DNA from: a virus
IMG/VR virus record: IMGVR_UViG_3300024581_003792
Location: 127,006 to 191,005 of that record
DNA: 64,000 bases
Reading direction: 5' to 3' (one strand)
Both the position numbers and the translations under genes were made by a program. Position 1 is the first letter of the stretch. The number at the start of each line of letters is the position of its first letter. This document shows, piece after piece, positions 1 to 9,598 of this stretch. The notes beneath the pieces were generated by a model. It searched no databases and was not told the DNA's origin. It worked only from the letters and a program-made list of their open reading frames with translations.

Positions 1-10
1 ATATAAATAA

Positions 11-778
11 ATGAAAATCTTCAACGAAAGCAACGAGGGGTTGTTCGGCTCATCTTTAAATTGGATTAACGCAAGATTGCCTTATTTATATAAAAATAAC
101 ATATACCCCGATTGGGATATCAGGAATGTAAACCACGGCAATCCTTCGGATCAAGACAGAATTATTCCATATATCATCAAGCCAAAAAAACAAACAACAA
201 ATTCAGATGCAAAAGTAGATCTACTAAGTATAGAAAGGCACCAGTATACTGATTTTAAAGAAGCAAACTTTTATTTCAATGAGTATTTTGAGTTCTGCTC
301 AAGCATTACAGATAAACTTGACACAGACTTTATGCCCGAAAAATGTTTAGGCATTCATTTTCGAGGCACGGATAAATTAGCCAACAATAAAGACTGCAAA
401 ATCATTAACTTAAATGCTTTTTTACTAAAATTAAAATCTTTTTTGGGTAATCGTTGCTTTGATTCAGTTTTTGTAATATCAGATGACGCAGATAGCAAGC
501 AAAGCATTATAAGTTTCCTTAAAGACTTAGGTTTTACAGTTTTGTCAACCGACTTATCTCCACATTTCCATAAGACGTTAGCTTCTAATCCCGACAAACT
601 TTCTATTACCAAAAATTCTATCTTGGAAATGCTGCTTTTATCAAAGTGTCAGTGCGTTATAAAATCTCACTCTGCCTTTTCTAGTTGGGCAAAGATAATT
701 AATCCTGACCTCGAAATGTATCGAGTTAATGGGTGCAAGAATAATTGGTTTCCTGATTATTATCTGCCTGAGTTTTAA
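11..778 (+). CDS. Fucosyltransferase-like GT-B protein (NodZ/FUT8-like)
   Basis: LGIHFRGTDK, VFVISDD and EMLLLSKCQCVIKSHSAFS match the three motifs of GDP-fucose-dependent transferases; lies in a glycan cluster. Confidence 0.55.
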   Translation: MKIFNESNEGLFGSSLNWINARLPYLYKNNIYPDWDIRNVNHGNPSDQDRIIPYIIKPKKQTTNSDAKVDLLSIERHQYTDFKEANFYFNEYFEFCSSITDKLDTDFMPEKCLGIHFRGTDKLANNKDCKIINLNAFLLKLKSFLGNRCFDSVFVISDDADSKQSIISFLKDLGFTVLSTDLSPHFHKTLASNPDKLSITKNSILEMLLLSKCQCVIKSHSAFSSWAKIINPDLEMYRVNGCKNNWFPDYYLPEF

Positions 779-1482
779 TGAAAGCTCTCTGTTTCACTTT
801 TGATCGGAACATGCCGATTATGGAGTATGTTTTGTATACATATTTTAAATGCTGGCCAGATAATCCTTTCGTTTTTTATATTCCCTGGAACAATGTCCAG
901 CCCGAACACTTAATTGAGCAATATGGCGCCGATAAAATCAAGCTTCTCAAGACAGATAGTGCGGTAAAACCCACCATAAGAACTCTTCTTTCGGTTGTTG
1001 ATAAAAATGAATTTGTATGGTGGGCGCAAGATGACAAATACATCTTAGACTTCAAGAACAAACAGATGATCGAATATTTATACAAATTTGATTCAGAAGA
1101 TATCGGTGGATTTATGTTTACTAAAAACGCAGACGCTCATAAAAGCTTTCTAAAAACAAAACATAATTTTGGAGCATATGAATTAGTCAAAAAAAGAAAC
1201 CATCATCAGATATTCCAGCCGCAGTGGATAAAAAAAGAAATAATTGAATTTTTATATTTAAATAATAGACTTCCAGAACATTATCCTTTATTAGAGTTAT
1301 ATACGATTATGAATTTCAAACCAATCAAAGATTTATATTCAGTTCAACAAAACTACATTAATATTGCTGAGTCGCTTGACCAAGGAAAATTGACGTCTAA
1401 TTTAGTGTACCATATGAATGAGGATAATTTTAAAATACCAGACCTTCCTCGCTGCAATAAAACAATGATATATAAGGATTAA
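778..1482 (+). CDS. Hypothetical protein, possibly glycosyltransferase-related
   Basis: 234-aa ORF coupled by TAATG overlap; WAQDDKY may be a GT-A acidic motif; product not recognised. Confidence 0.6.
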   Translation: MKALCFTFDRNMPIMEYVLYTYFKCWPDNPFVFYIPWNNVQPEHLIEQYGADKIKLLKTDSAVKPTIRTLLSVVDKNEFVWWAQDDKYILDFKNKQMIEYLYKFDSEDIGGFMFTKNADAHKSFLKTKHNFGAYELVKKRNHHQIFQPQWIKKEIIEFLYLNNRLPEHYPLLELYTIMNFKPIKDLYSVQQNYINIAESLDQGKLTSNLVYHMNEDNFKIPDLPRCNKTMIYKD

Positions 1483-1484
1483 TT

Positions 1485-2027
1485 ATGAGCTTAGGTAACA
1501 AAGAGACTTTACAATTTATAAAAGATGGCGATGTTTGCGTTGAAGTTGGCGTCTGGCAAGGTGATTTATCTCGCCAGATAGCTCAGTTACCAATTTCTAG
1601 ACTTTATTTAATCGATCCTTGGCAATCAATCAATGATGTTGAAGGCAGGCTTCATAATACTGACCAGAAAAAGCTTGATGATATCTACAACAAAGTCCGC
1701 CGCCGGTTTTTCTTCAACAAGAAAGTTGAATTGCTTCGTAAATTTTCTGCTGATGCAATGTCTGACATTCAAGACGGTTCGGTTGATTGGATATATATAG
1801 ACGGAAATCATAGCTATGAGTTCGTAAAAGAAGACCTGAACGGCTGGTGGCCAAAACTTAAAAGCGGGGGTTATTTATGTGGCGATGATTATATCGACGG
1901 CAAATACCAAGTTGAGCAACTACAATTCGGAATTGTCCAAGCTGTTGATGAGTTTCGAGAAGAAAAAGAGTCTGAAATCTCTTATTCGGAGCTAATCAAA
2001 GATCAGTTTGTATTTCAAAAGAAGTGA
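1485..2027 (+). CDS. Class I SAM-dependent methyltransferase (Methyltransf_24-like)
   Basis: VEVGVWQGDLS, LIDPW, DWIYIDGNHSYE, GGYLCGDDY. Confidence 0.85.
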   Translation: MSLGNKETLQFIKDGDVCVEVGVWQGDLSRQIAQLPISRLYLIDPWQSINDVEGRLHNTDQKKLDDIYNKVRRRFFFNKKVELLRKFSADAMSDIQDGSVDWIYIDGNHSYEFVKEDLNGWWPKLKSGGYLCGDDYIDGKYQVEQLQFGIVQAVDEFREEKESEISYSELIKDQFVFQKK

Positions 2028-2611
2028 TTTCCCACTCTCTGCCTTGCATTTTCGTGCATATTCCAAAATGTGCGGGCAGTTCAATAAACCAACAGTTAGA
2101 ATTAAAATCTATGGGGTTTTCGGGGCATGCCCCAATGTCATATCACTCCAAACATTCTGATTATTTTTCATTTACTTTTATTCGCAATCCATATGATCGG
2201 GTAGTTTCGGCGTATAAATATTTTCGCAAACTGAAACCAGGGCATCGTTGGTATAAAAGAAACAGCATAATATCTGATGCCGCTAACGAAATGGAGTTTG
2301 GTGAATTTGTGCATCACATACCTGATTTTATGAAGTTAATGAAGAGGGAGGAAGGTTCTTTTGAATCTGGCATTCACTTTCAACCGTTTTATTATTTTAT
2401 TGATCAGCCAATTGATTTCATTGGTCGCTTTGAAAATATTCAACAAGATTATGCTGCGATCTTATCTCATTTAAAACTTTCCCCCAAGCCCCTTCGCAAA
2501 ACCAACTCAACAAATAACTCAAATTACAGACAATTATACATAGAAGAAACAAAGAACCAAGTGTATAATATATACCAAGAAGATATTAAAAAATATAATT
2601 ATCAATTTTAA
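2024..2611 (+). CDS. Sulfotransferase (Sulfotransfer_2 family), ST1
   Basis: 5'-PSB motif FVHIPKCAGSSI and 3'-PB motif IRNPYDRVVSAY; FIGRFEN; GTG start. Confidence 0.85.
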   Translation: MISHSLPCIFVHIPKCAGSSINQQLELKSMGFSGHAPMSYHSKHSDYFSFTFIRNPYDRVVSAYKYFRKLKPGHRWYKRNSIISDAANEMEFGEFVHHIPDFMKLMKREEGSFESGIHFQPFYYFIDQPIDFIGRFENIQQDYAAILSHLKLSPKPLRKTNSTNNSNYRQLYIEETKNQVYNIYQEDIKKYNYQF

Positions 2612-2616
2612 AATTT

Positions 2617-3195
2617 ATGACCACTGAATTCCCACTTCCTTACGAGTTTGAACTAGATGATTCACGACTATCTTTACTTGAAAAGATCAAACCAGAAGAT
2701 AAATGTGCTGAAATCGGTGTTTTTAAAGGAGATTTTTCTGAATTTATACTAAAAATGGAGCCCTCAGAACTTCATTTAGTTGATCCATGGATCAGTATCA
2801 TGGACGTTCCAGCCAGATGGCATGCTATTCCGCAAGAAGATATGGATAGCATCAAGCAAGATGTGGCCGATAGATTCTCGGCTGATTCTCGTGTGAATAT
2901 AATCAGCAAATATTCCATCGATGCACTTGATGATATTGAAGACAACTCATTAGATTGGATATATTTAGACGCTAACCACTCTTATTCTTTTGCCCAGCAA
3001 GACCTTGAAAACTGGTGGCTCAAATTGAAAGCTGGAGGGTTTTTATGTGGAAACGCATATCAAGATGATGACGCACAAGTAAGATTACTGGATTTTGGTA
3101 TTATTCCGGCGGTAGATACATTTCTTGAAGATCATTTTGAAGAAATTGCTAATTTTGAAACCTTTAAATATCAATATCTATTAACAAAAAAATGA
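2617..3195 (+). CDS. Class I SAM-dependent methyltransferase, paralog of 1485..2027
   Basis: AEIGVFKGDFS, LVDPW, DWIYLDANHSY, GGFLCG; co-linear with the upstream paralog. Confidence 0.85.
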   Translation: MTTEFPLPYEFELDDSRLSLLEKIKPEDKCAEIGVFKGDFSEFILKMEPSELHLVDPWISIMDVPARWHAIPQEDMDSIKQDVADRFSADSRVNIISKYSIDALDDIEDNSLDWIYLDANHSYSFAQQDLENWWLKLKAGGFLCGNAYQDDDAQVRLLDFGIIPAVDTFLEDHFEEIANFETFKYQYLLTKK

Positions 3196-4184
3196 AAGTA
3201 TTAGTTGGAGGAGCAGGCGGCTTCATCGCCGGTTATTTAGTTAAAGATTTATTGGCGCAAGGGCATGAAGTTATTGCCGCCGACATTAAGCCTGCAGATA
3301 TGTGGTATCAGACTTTTGATAACGCCGAAAACCACGCTAACTGTAATCTACAAGAAAAAGATCATTGCTACAATTTAAGCGTCGGTGTTGATCGCATCTA
3401 TAATCTTGCTTGTAATATGGGTGGTATGGGTTTTGTCGAAAACAACCAAGCCCTCTGCATGGAGAATGTTTTGATCCAGACTCATATGATGATGGCAGCA
3501 AGAGACAATGGCGTTAAAGAAGTTCTTTACAGTTCTACTGCCTGTGTTTACCCAGCTGCAATTCAGTCTGAAATCAAAGACGAATCATCTCAGGCGCTTA
3601 AAGAATCTGATGTATTTCCAGCGAATCCAGATGATGGATATGGGTGGGAAAAATTGTTTAGCGAATTAATTACTTATTACTACGGAAAAGATTTTGATAT
3701 TGATTCGCGCACCTGCCGTTACCACAATGTCTATGGCCCCTTTGGAACATGGCGTGGTGGTCGTGAAAAAGCACCTGCTGCAATTTGCCGTAAAGTTATC
3801 GAGGCTAAAATGAGCGGCAAGCACGAAATTGAAATTTGGGGAGACGGCGAACAAACTCGTTCATTTATGTTTATTGATGACTGTTTGACCGGCATGGATT
3901 TAATGTGGGAAAAAGGTGATTCTCGCCCACTTAATCTTGGTAGTGATCGCATGGTTTCTATCAATCAGCTTGTTGATATTGTAGAAAATATCGGCGGTAT
4001 TAAATTAAAAAGAAACTACAATTTGGATGCTCCTCAGGGAGTTCGTGGTCGTAACAGCGATAATACTATGATTAAAGAAGTATTAGGTTGGGCGCCATCC
4101 ATCACCCTTGAAGATGGACTTGAAAAAACATATGAGTGGATTTATAATCAAATGCAGAACTGCAAAGATTCTGATGGATATTAA
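3192..4184 (+). CDS. NAD-dependent epimerase, GDP-mannose 3,5-epimerase-like
   Basis: GGAGGFIA Rossmann motif, YGWEK catalytic YxxxK, GGREKAPAAICRK, WGDGEQTRSF, GVRGRNSDN. Confidence 0.8.
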   Translation: MKVLVGGAGGFIAGYLVKDLLAQGHEVIAADIKPADMWYQTFDNAENHANCNLQEKDHCYNLSVGVDRIYNLACNMGGMGFVENNQALCMENVLIQTHMMMAARDNGVKEVLYSSTACVYPAAIQSEIKDESSQALKESDVFPANPDDGYGWEKLFSELITYYYGKDFDIDSRTCRYHNVYGPFGTWRGGREKAPAAICRKVIEAKMSGKHEIEIWGDGEQTRSFMFIDDCLTGMDLMWEKGDSRPLNLGSDRMVSINQLVDIVENIGGIKLKRNYNLDAPQGVRGRNSDNTMIKEVLGWAPSITLEDGLEKTYEWIYNQMQNCKDSDGY

Positions 4185-4198
4185 ACCCCGAACTTATC

Positions 4199-4393
4199 AT
4201 GATTGAATTTTACAATGTAAAAAAGAAGGAAAAGGTTCAGATTGATGAATCTAAAGTTACAAAACAATCAATGGAGCGCACAACAAAAACAGGTAAAATT
4301 TCAATTCGTTATGCTCTAAGAGCGGTTGATGATGACGGAATGAAACTCACTAAGTTTTGTAGTAAAGCTGATTACGATAAAATACCCGATTAA
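4199..4393 (+). CDS. Small basic hypothetical protein
   Basis: 64-aa Lys-rich ORF, translationally coupled to the next gene. Confidence 0.75.
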   Translation: MIEFYNVKKKEKVQIDESKVTKQSMERTTKTGKISIRYALRAVDDDGMKLTKFCSKADYDKIPD

Positions 4394-4827
4394 TGGGCCC
4401 GATTCTCAATACGATTATAGGTGCAGGAATCAAACTGGCCTGTAATCTTATTAACGCTTGGCTTGAACAGCGTCGCCATAATCAAATTTTATTGGCAGCT
4501 CGGGACAATGAGATGCTTCAGGCCTTAATCTCTAATCAATCCGAGCAGGCTAGTGACTCTTTTGTAAAGGTAACTCGGCGAGTACTGTTTATGAGTATTA
4601 CATTTACAATGTGCTACCTCATGGTGTATTATGCGCACAATCCCGAGATCACTTATGACATTATCGTACCGAAAGGAGAAAACGCCAGATGGGGTTTTTT
4701 TAGTTACCTCTTTGGGGCTAAAGAATGGGATGTGGTTCAAATGACAGGCGGATTAATGCTATCGTCATTTATGGATCTTTGCTTTATGGTCATTGGGTTT
4801 TATGCGATACCAAGTAAAAGAAGGTAA
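4393..4827 (+). CDS. Membrane protein (holin-like possible, unproven)
   Basis: Hydrophobic segments VLFMSITFTMCYLMVYY and GGLMLSSFMDLCFMVIGFYAI; basic C-terminus. Confidence 0.6.
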   Translation: MGPILNTIIGAGIKLACNLINAWLEQRRHNQILLAARDNEMLQALISNQSEQASDSFVKVTRRVLFMSITFTMCYLMVYYAHNPEITYDIIVPKGENARWGFFSYLFGAKEWDVVQMTGGLMLSSFMDLCFMVIGFYAIPSKRR

Positions 4828-4830
4828 TTC

Positions 4831-4859
4831 TTGACAATTTATTTGCATTGTGATATACT
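4831..4859 (+). promoter_or_regulatory. Sigma70-type promoter
   Basis: TTGACA-17 nt-TATACT with extended TG; GTG start 7 nt after the -10. Confidence 0.85.
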
Positions 4860-4865
4860 TATTTC

Positions 4866-5198
4866 GTGCTCCACAATCAAAAGAAAAAAATAATTGAAAA
4901 TCTAGTTGTCGTACCAGACAAACAAAAACGTAATTTTTGGGGTAGAGAAATTAAGTCTTTAAATATTCTTTTAGAGAAATACCCTGAAGAAAATTTTTGG
5001 AAAGGCTTGACTTTCTCTGAAAAATTTGATAGTATTATTGTTCTTCGCTCTGGTTACTTTGCAAACGAGCTTAAAAAAAAGTATAAAAGATACAAATACA
5101 ATATACCTCAACAAAAAAAACTTGAATTAGGAGAAAAAGCAGGAGATGATTATACAAAACAAGTTAAACCCAAAAACCTTAGAGAATTTTTATCATGA
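4866..5198 (+). CDS. Hypothetical protein (replication operon leader)
   Basis: 110-aa basic ORF overlapping the recA start (ATGA). Confidence 0.7.
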   Translation: MLHNQKKKIIENLVVVPDKQKRNFWGREIKSLNILLEKYPEENFWKGLTFSEKFDSIIVLRSGYFANELKKKYKRYKYNIPQQKKLELGEKAGDDYTKQVKPKNLREFLS

Positions 5199-6316
5199 GT
5201 AAAACAGCAGAAATAGAATCTAAAGATTCACTTAAAAGCTTTCTTAAGCAAAACGAAGATCATCATTATAATTTTGAAGATGAGATTGATTATAAAGTTT
5301 CTTGCGGAAGCTTAAAAGTTGACTTTGATCTGGATGGTGGACTAGGCCCCGGACTTCATAGATTTACAGGCATGAATGAAGGCGGAAAAAGTTCTGAAGC
5401 TCTTGAAGTTATGAAAAACTTTTTAAAAATGGATAATGCGAAGGGAGTTTATATTAAAGCAGAAGGTCGTTTATCAAAAGAGATGCGGGAAAGATGCGGT
5501 ATTGATTTTACATACGAAGAAGATGAATGGGACAAAGGAAAATGCTTTATATTTGACTGCAACATTTACGAAACCGTGCTTGATTTAATGAGAGTTCTTG
5601 TTGCTAAAAATCCCGAAAGAACAAAATATTGCTTCGTACTAGACTCGCTAGATGGATTAATCATGAAGGATGATTTAAGCAAAGGTTTTGAAGATTCCCA
5701 CAAAGTAGCTGGAGGTGCACTTCTTGGCGCCAAGTTTATGCAAAAGATGAGTATTGCTTTAGCTAAGCGTGGCCATATGGCTATTTTTATATCTCAAGTT
5801 CGGGCTGATATTAAGCTTGACCCTTATAGTAAAGCTCCGATCAGACAAACAACAGCAACAGGAGGCAACGCTCTTCTTCATTTCGCTAATTATATTCTAG
5901 AATTTGAGCCTAGATTTAAAAAAGATTTGATCTTAGAGAACCCAACTCAACCAATTGATCAGCAGAAGAATAAAATTCTTGGCCATATAGCTAAAATTAC
6001 TGTTAAAAAGTCTCCGAATGAAAAGACTAACTATACATTAGAGTATCCAATTAAATACGGAAGAACTAAAGGGACATCTATCTGGGTTGAAAAAGAAGTA
6101 ATTGACATGCTGTACCTTTGGGGTTATGTTAATAAAAAAGGCGCGTGGATATCTGCAGAGCCAGACTTTTTAGAGCTCGTAAAAGCCAACAAACTAGATT
6201 TTCCAGAGAAAGTTCAAGGTGAACCTAAGCTAAATTCATTACTTGAAAACAATCCAGATTTAACTTCATTTTTGATTAATCATTTTAAGGAGCTTATTTA
6301 TAAAGAACATAATTAA
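5195..6316 (+). CDS. recA: RecA/UvsX-like recombinase
   Basis: Walker A GMNEGGKSS, YIKAEG, Walker B FVLDSL, IFISQVR, TGGNALLHFA, KITVKKS. Confidence 0.88.
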   Translation: MSKTAEIESKDSLKSFLKQNEDHHYNFEDEIDYKVSCGSLKVDFDLDGGLGPGLHRFTGMNEGGKSSEALEVMKNFLKMDNAKGVYIKAEGRLSKEMRERCGIDFTYEEDEWDKGKCFIFDCNIYETVLDLMRVLVAKNPERTKYCFVLDSLDGLIMKDDLSKGFEDSHKVAGGALLGAKFMQKMSIALAKRGHMAIFISQVRADIKLDPYSKAPIRQTTATGGNALLHFANYILEFEPRFKKDLILENPTQPIDQQKNKILGHIAKITVKKSPNEKTNYTLEYPIKYGRTKGTSIWVEKEVIDMLYLWGYVNKKGAWISAEPDFLELVKANKLDFPEKVQGEPKLNSLLENNPDLTSFLINHFKELIYKEHN

Positions 6317-6726
6317 TGGTATTTAAAACACTAACCGGATCTTCAAAAAGAGTAAAAAAACCTAAAAACTACCTAATAAAGTGGGATGGGCAAAGTCTCA
6401 GCAAATTACAATTCTCCACAAAACAGTTTTTAAAAAGCTACTGGGACGTAGATATCGTGTTCGAAGAGTTCCCAATTCCAGGTACAAGAATGCGCTTTGA
6501 TTTCTATAATTCTAATAAAAATATCGCCGTTGAGGTTCAGGGAGGTCAACATCTAAAGTACACCCCCTTCTTTCATGGAAAATCAAAGTCCACATTTCTT
6601 AGTCAAATAAGAAGGGACAATGATAAACAAAAATTTTGCGAATTGAACAAAATAAAATTAGTCGAAATTTATCCTAATGATGAATTGTCAGTTGATTTAT
6701 TTAAATCTTTTGGCGTTATACTCTAA
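6316..6726 (+). CDS. Vsr/DUF559-like PD-(D/E)XK endonuclease
   Basis: EEFPI..RFDFY..IAVEVQGGQH..D..K...C....I.LVEI. Confidence 0.7.
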   Translation: MVFKTLTGSSKRVKKPKNYLIKWDGQSLSKLQFSTKQFLKSYWDVDIVFEEFPIPGTRMRFDFYNSNKNIAVEVQGGQHLKYTPFFHGKSKSTFLSQIRRDNDKQKFCELNKIKLVEIYPNDELSVDLFKSFGVIL

Positions 6727-6731
6727 CATAT

Positions 6732-6740
6732 GTGTAATAT
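6732..6740 (+). promoter_or_regulatory. GTGTA-class promoter motif
   Basis: GTG-TAATAT, start codon 7 nt downstream. Confidence 0.6.
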
Positions 6741-6746
6741 AAAATA

Positions 6747-7028
6747 GTGAGCAATAATATTGATCCAGAAAATTTAAATGTTTTTTCCATACCGGAATCT
6801 ATGCTTGAAAAACTCTTTGAGTTTACGGGTGACGCAGATCACAGCAAAGGATTCATCTTGGCTTATGTAGACCAAGAGGGCAAGCCTATGGTTTATACTC
6901 GCAGTCAAAATCAAATTATTGAGATGGGATTGCGCAAAGCTTTGGAAAAATATTTAATTACGTTAGAAGAGGCTGAAAGTATGTATGGGGCAGAAAATGA
7001 TGACCCCGACAATAAAGGTCTTGACTGA
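6747..7028 (+). CDS. Acidic hypothetical protein
   Basis: 93-aa ORF, GTG start, fills the gap before dnaB. Confidence 0.75.
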   Translation: MSNNIDPENLNVFSIPESMLEKLFEFTGDADHSKGFILAYVDQEGKPMVYTRSQNQIIEMGLRKALEKYLITLEEAESMYGAENDDPDNKGLD

Positions 7029-7049
7029 TTCGCTTCTTTCTGATAACAT
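7021..7049 (+). promoter_or_regulatory. Sigma70-type promoter
   Basis: TTGACT-17-TAACAT with extended TG; ATG 7 nt after the -10. Confidence 0.75.
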
Positions 7050-7055
7050 AGCTCA

Positions 7056-8552
7056 ATGATATATTCTCCTGAAGTAGAGAAACAGCTTCTTGCTGGTTTA
7101 TTAAATTACCCAGATAAATATGTAGAGATAGCAATGTTTGTTGGCTCTAAAGATTTTTTCTTTGAACCTCATCAAATTATCTACAGCTTTATAAAGTCTG
7201 ATTACGAAGCGGGAAATCACATAGATGAGATTATACTTTCTGAACGAATTAAACTTTCGGGCATTTCTTTTGAAGACAATATCAATGTAGCTGACTATTT
7301 AAGAGCTTTAAAGCTAAAAAAGTCATCGAAAGAATCTGTAATCGAGTGCGCTAAAGAGCTTTGCAAACTCTCAGCTCGTAGATCTTTATCTAAAACAGGT
7401 CAAGAAATGCAGAATGCAATGAAAAACATTGATCCTTCAAAAAGTTTAAATGAAATCATTGAGTCATGCGATAAAATTTATTCAGCAAATATTGATCTTT
7501 ATGAAAACGGAGAAAACTTTCCTCAAAATATCTATTCGGATATGGAAGAAATCATTGAGCTTCGAGGCAACAACCCTCAAGATAACTTTGGCCCCGTCGG
7601 ACCGCATCCAAGATTACATGAGCTCTACGGTTCTCTTTTGCGCCCAGGAAATATAACTACTATAGTGGCAAGAACTGGTGTTGGTAAAACTCAATTTGTT
7701 ATGGATTTTTGCAATAAAGTTTCGGCGTCTGAAGGCATACCTGTTCTTCATCTAGATAACGGAGAAATGAGTAAGGAAGAATTAATCATGAGGCAATGTT
7801 CATCTCTCTCAGGCGTACCTCTTTCTCTTCTTGAGACGGGTCGCTGGAGAAATGCAGGGCAAGAAGTTGTCGATAAAGTTCGAAGGGTGTGGAATATAGT
7901 AAAAAATTATCAGTTTTATTATCAAAACGTTGGTGGTATGGATTCAGATGGAATCATGCAGTTAGTCAAACATTTTTATTTTGGTCAAGTTCAACGAGGC
8001 AATGAAATGATTCTGTGTTATGACTACATCAAAACTAGCTCAGAAAAAATGGGTAACAAAGCAGAGTATCAAGTGGTCGGAGAAACAGTTGACAAATTCA
8101 AAAGACTAATTCAAAGAGAGATAGTATTTAACGACAAACCTATGATCTCTATGATGACCAGCGTTCAGAGTAATCGGGCTGGAATAACAAATAATAGAAC
8201 CTCAGACAATATTGTTGAAGATGAGAGTATCGTATCGCTATCAGATAGAATTACTCAATTCAGCTCGCATTTACTCTCATTAAGGCAAAAGACTACAGAT
8301 GAATTAGCAGAAGAAGACAATATGTTCGGGACGCATAGATTAACTTGTTTTAAATACAGGCATTTAGGCGACAATGTTCATAGAGCTATACAACCAGTAA
8401 GAATGCCAAATGGAGACTTAAAAAGAAACTTCATTAATTTAAGTTTCGAAAACTTTAATATTACTGAGATTGGAGACCTACAAGACATGGTAGACTCTCA
8501 AGTTGATGTTGGGCTTATTAATGGTCAAGGAGCCTCAGATATTGATATATGA
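7056..8552 (+). CDS. dnaB: Replicative DnaB-family helicase
   Basis: N-terminal EKQLLAGLL domain, Walker A ARTGVGKT, LDNGEMS, Walker B LCYDYI, VQSNR. Confidence 0.9.
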   Translation: MIYSPEVEKQLLAGLLNYPDKYVEIAMFVGSKDFFFEPHQIIYSFIKSDYEAGNHIDEIILSERIKLSGISFEDNINVADYLRALKLKKSSKESVIECAKELCKLSARRSLSKTGQEMQNAMKNIDPSKSLNEIIESCDKIYSANIDLYENGENFPQNIYSDMEEIIELRGNNPQDNFGPVGPHPRLHELYGSLLRPGNITTIVARTGVGKTQFVMDFCNKVSASEGIPVLHLDNGEMSKEELIMRQCSSLSGVPLSLLETGRWRNAGQEVVDKVRRVWNIVKNYQFYYQNVGGMDSDGIMQLVKHFYFGQVQRGNEMILCYDYIKTSSEKMGNKAEYQVVGETVDKFKRLIQREIVFNDKPMISMMTSVQSNRAGITNNRTSDNIVEDESIVSLSDRITQFSSHLLSLRQKTTDELAEEDNMFGTHRLTCFKYRHLGDNVHRAIQPVRMPNGDLKRNFINLSFENFNITEIGDLQDMVDSQVDVGLINGQGASDIDI

Positions 8553-9598
8553 CATCAGATAAGATAAAAGATATTCTGACAAATCTTGGTTATAAACTTA
8601 CTGATTGTGGAAATCATTGGAGAACCAGCGCCTTATACCGAGGCGGAAGCAATCCTACCGCAGTACAAGTCTATAAAGATTCTGGCGTTTGGTTAGATTA
8701 TGTCAAAAACTCTCAAGCGTTACCTCTTGAATCTCTTATACAGGCGACACTTCAGACCAACGACAAAGAGCAAATTAAAAAAATCACAGGAGGCTACGAT
8801 TTTTCCATCAGCAGAACAGAAGTTATCGAGCGCCCTAAACTTACTATGGAAAAAACATACCCAGAATCAATGCTAGACAAATTACTACCTCACTATAAGT
8901 TTTATAACAATAGGGGTATTTCTAGTGAGACCCTCGTGTTTTTTAAAGGTGGACTAGCAACAGAAGGGGCTATGTATCAGCGTTTCGTCTTCCCAATATA
9001 TAACGAAGATGGTCAAATTTATGGGTTTAGTGGTAGAGACATGACTACATCCAACCCCAATCGCCCTAAATGGAAACATATAGGTAAAAAATCCAACTGG
9101 ATTTATCCTTATTATGTGCCACATGATTCATGCAATATTATTCAACAAGCTATGTCTGATAAAGATTTAGTTATATTAGTCGAAAGTATAGGCGACTTAC
9201 TGCAATTGCACGAACAAGGAATTAAAAATGTGTTAGTTACTTTTGGGACATCTTTATCGTCTAAATTATTATGCTTTTTAGTTTCTGCGGGCTGTTCTAA
9301 AATTGTACTATCATTAAACAATGATTCCAATCAAAAACATAACCGAGGAAGAATAGGTTCATTCAAGTCTTATTTAAAATTATTGAATTATTTCCCTCAG
9401 GATGATATTATAATACACCCGCCTACTGAAAAAGATTTTGGCGAAATGAAACAAGAACAATTTCCAGAATGGTTGCAATATCTAGAAACCGGAGCATACA
9501 AAGATGATCAACCGAATTACCAAAAAGAAGTTTTGGATTTAATTGACCAAAAAGAGATACCATCTTCTTTGTACAAAAAAAAGTATTTTGATGCCTGA
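8549..9598 (+). CDS. dnaG: DnaG-type primase (TOPRIM)
   Basis: RFVFPIYNEDGQIYGFSGR, PKWK, ILVESIGD, LSLNND; adjacent to dnaB. Confidence 0.85.
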   Translation: MTSDKIKDILTNLGYKLTDCGNHWRTSALYRGGSNPTAVQVYKDSGVWLDYVKNSQALPLESLIQATLQTNDKEQIKKITGGYDFSISRTEVIERPKLTMEKTYPESMLDKLLPHYKFYNNRGISSETLVFFKGGLATEGAMYQRFVFPIYNEDGQIYGFSGRDMTTSNPNRPKWKHIGKKSNWIYPYYVPHDSCNIIQQAMSDKDLVILVESIGDLLQLHEQGIKNVLVTFGTSLSSKLLCFLVSAGCSKIVLSLNNDSNQKHNRGRIGSFKSYLKLLNYFPQDDIIIHPPTEKDFGEMKQEQFPEWLQYLETGAYKDDQPNYQKEVLDLIDQKEIPSSLYKKKYFDA

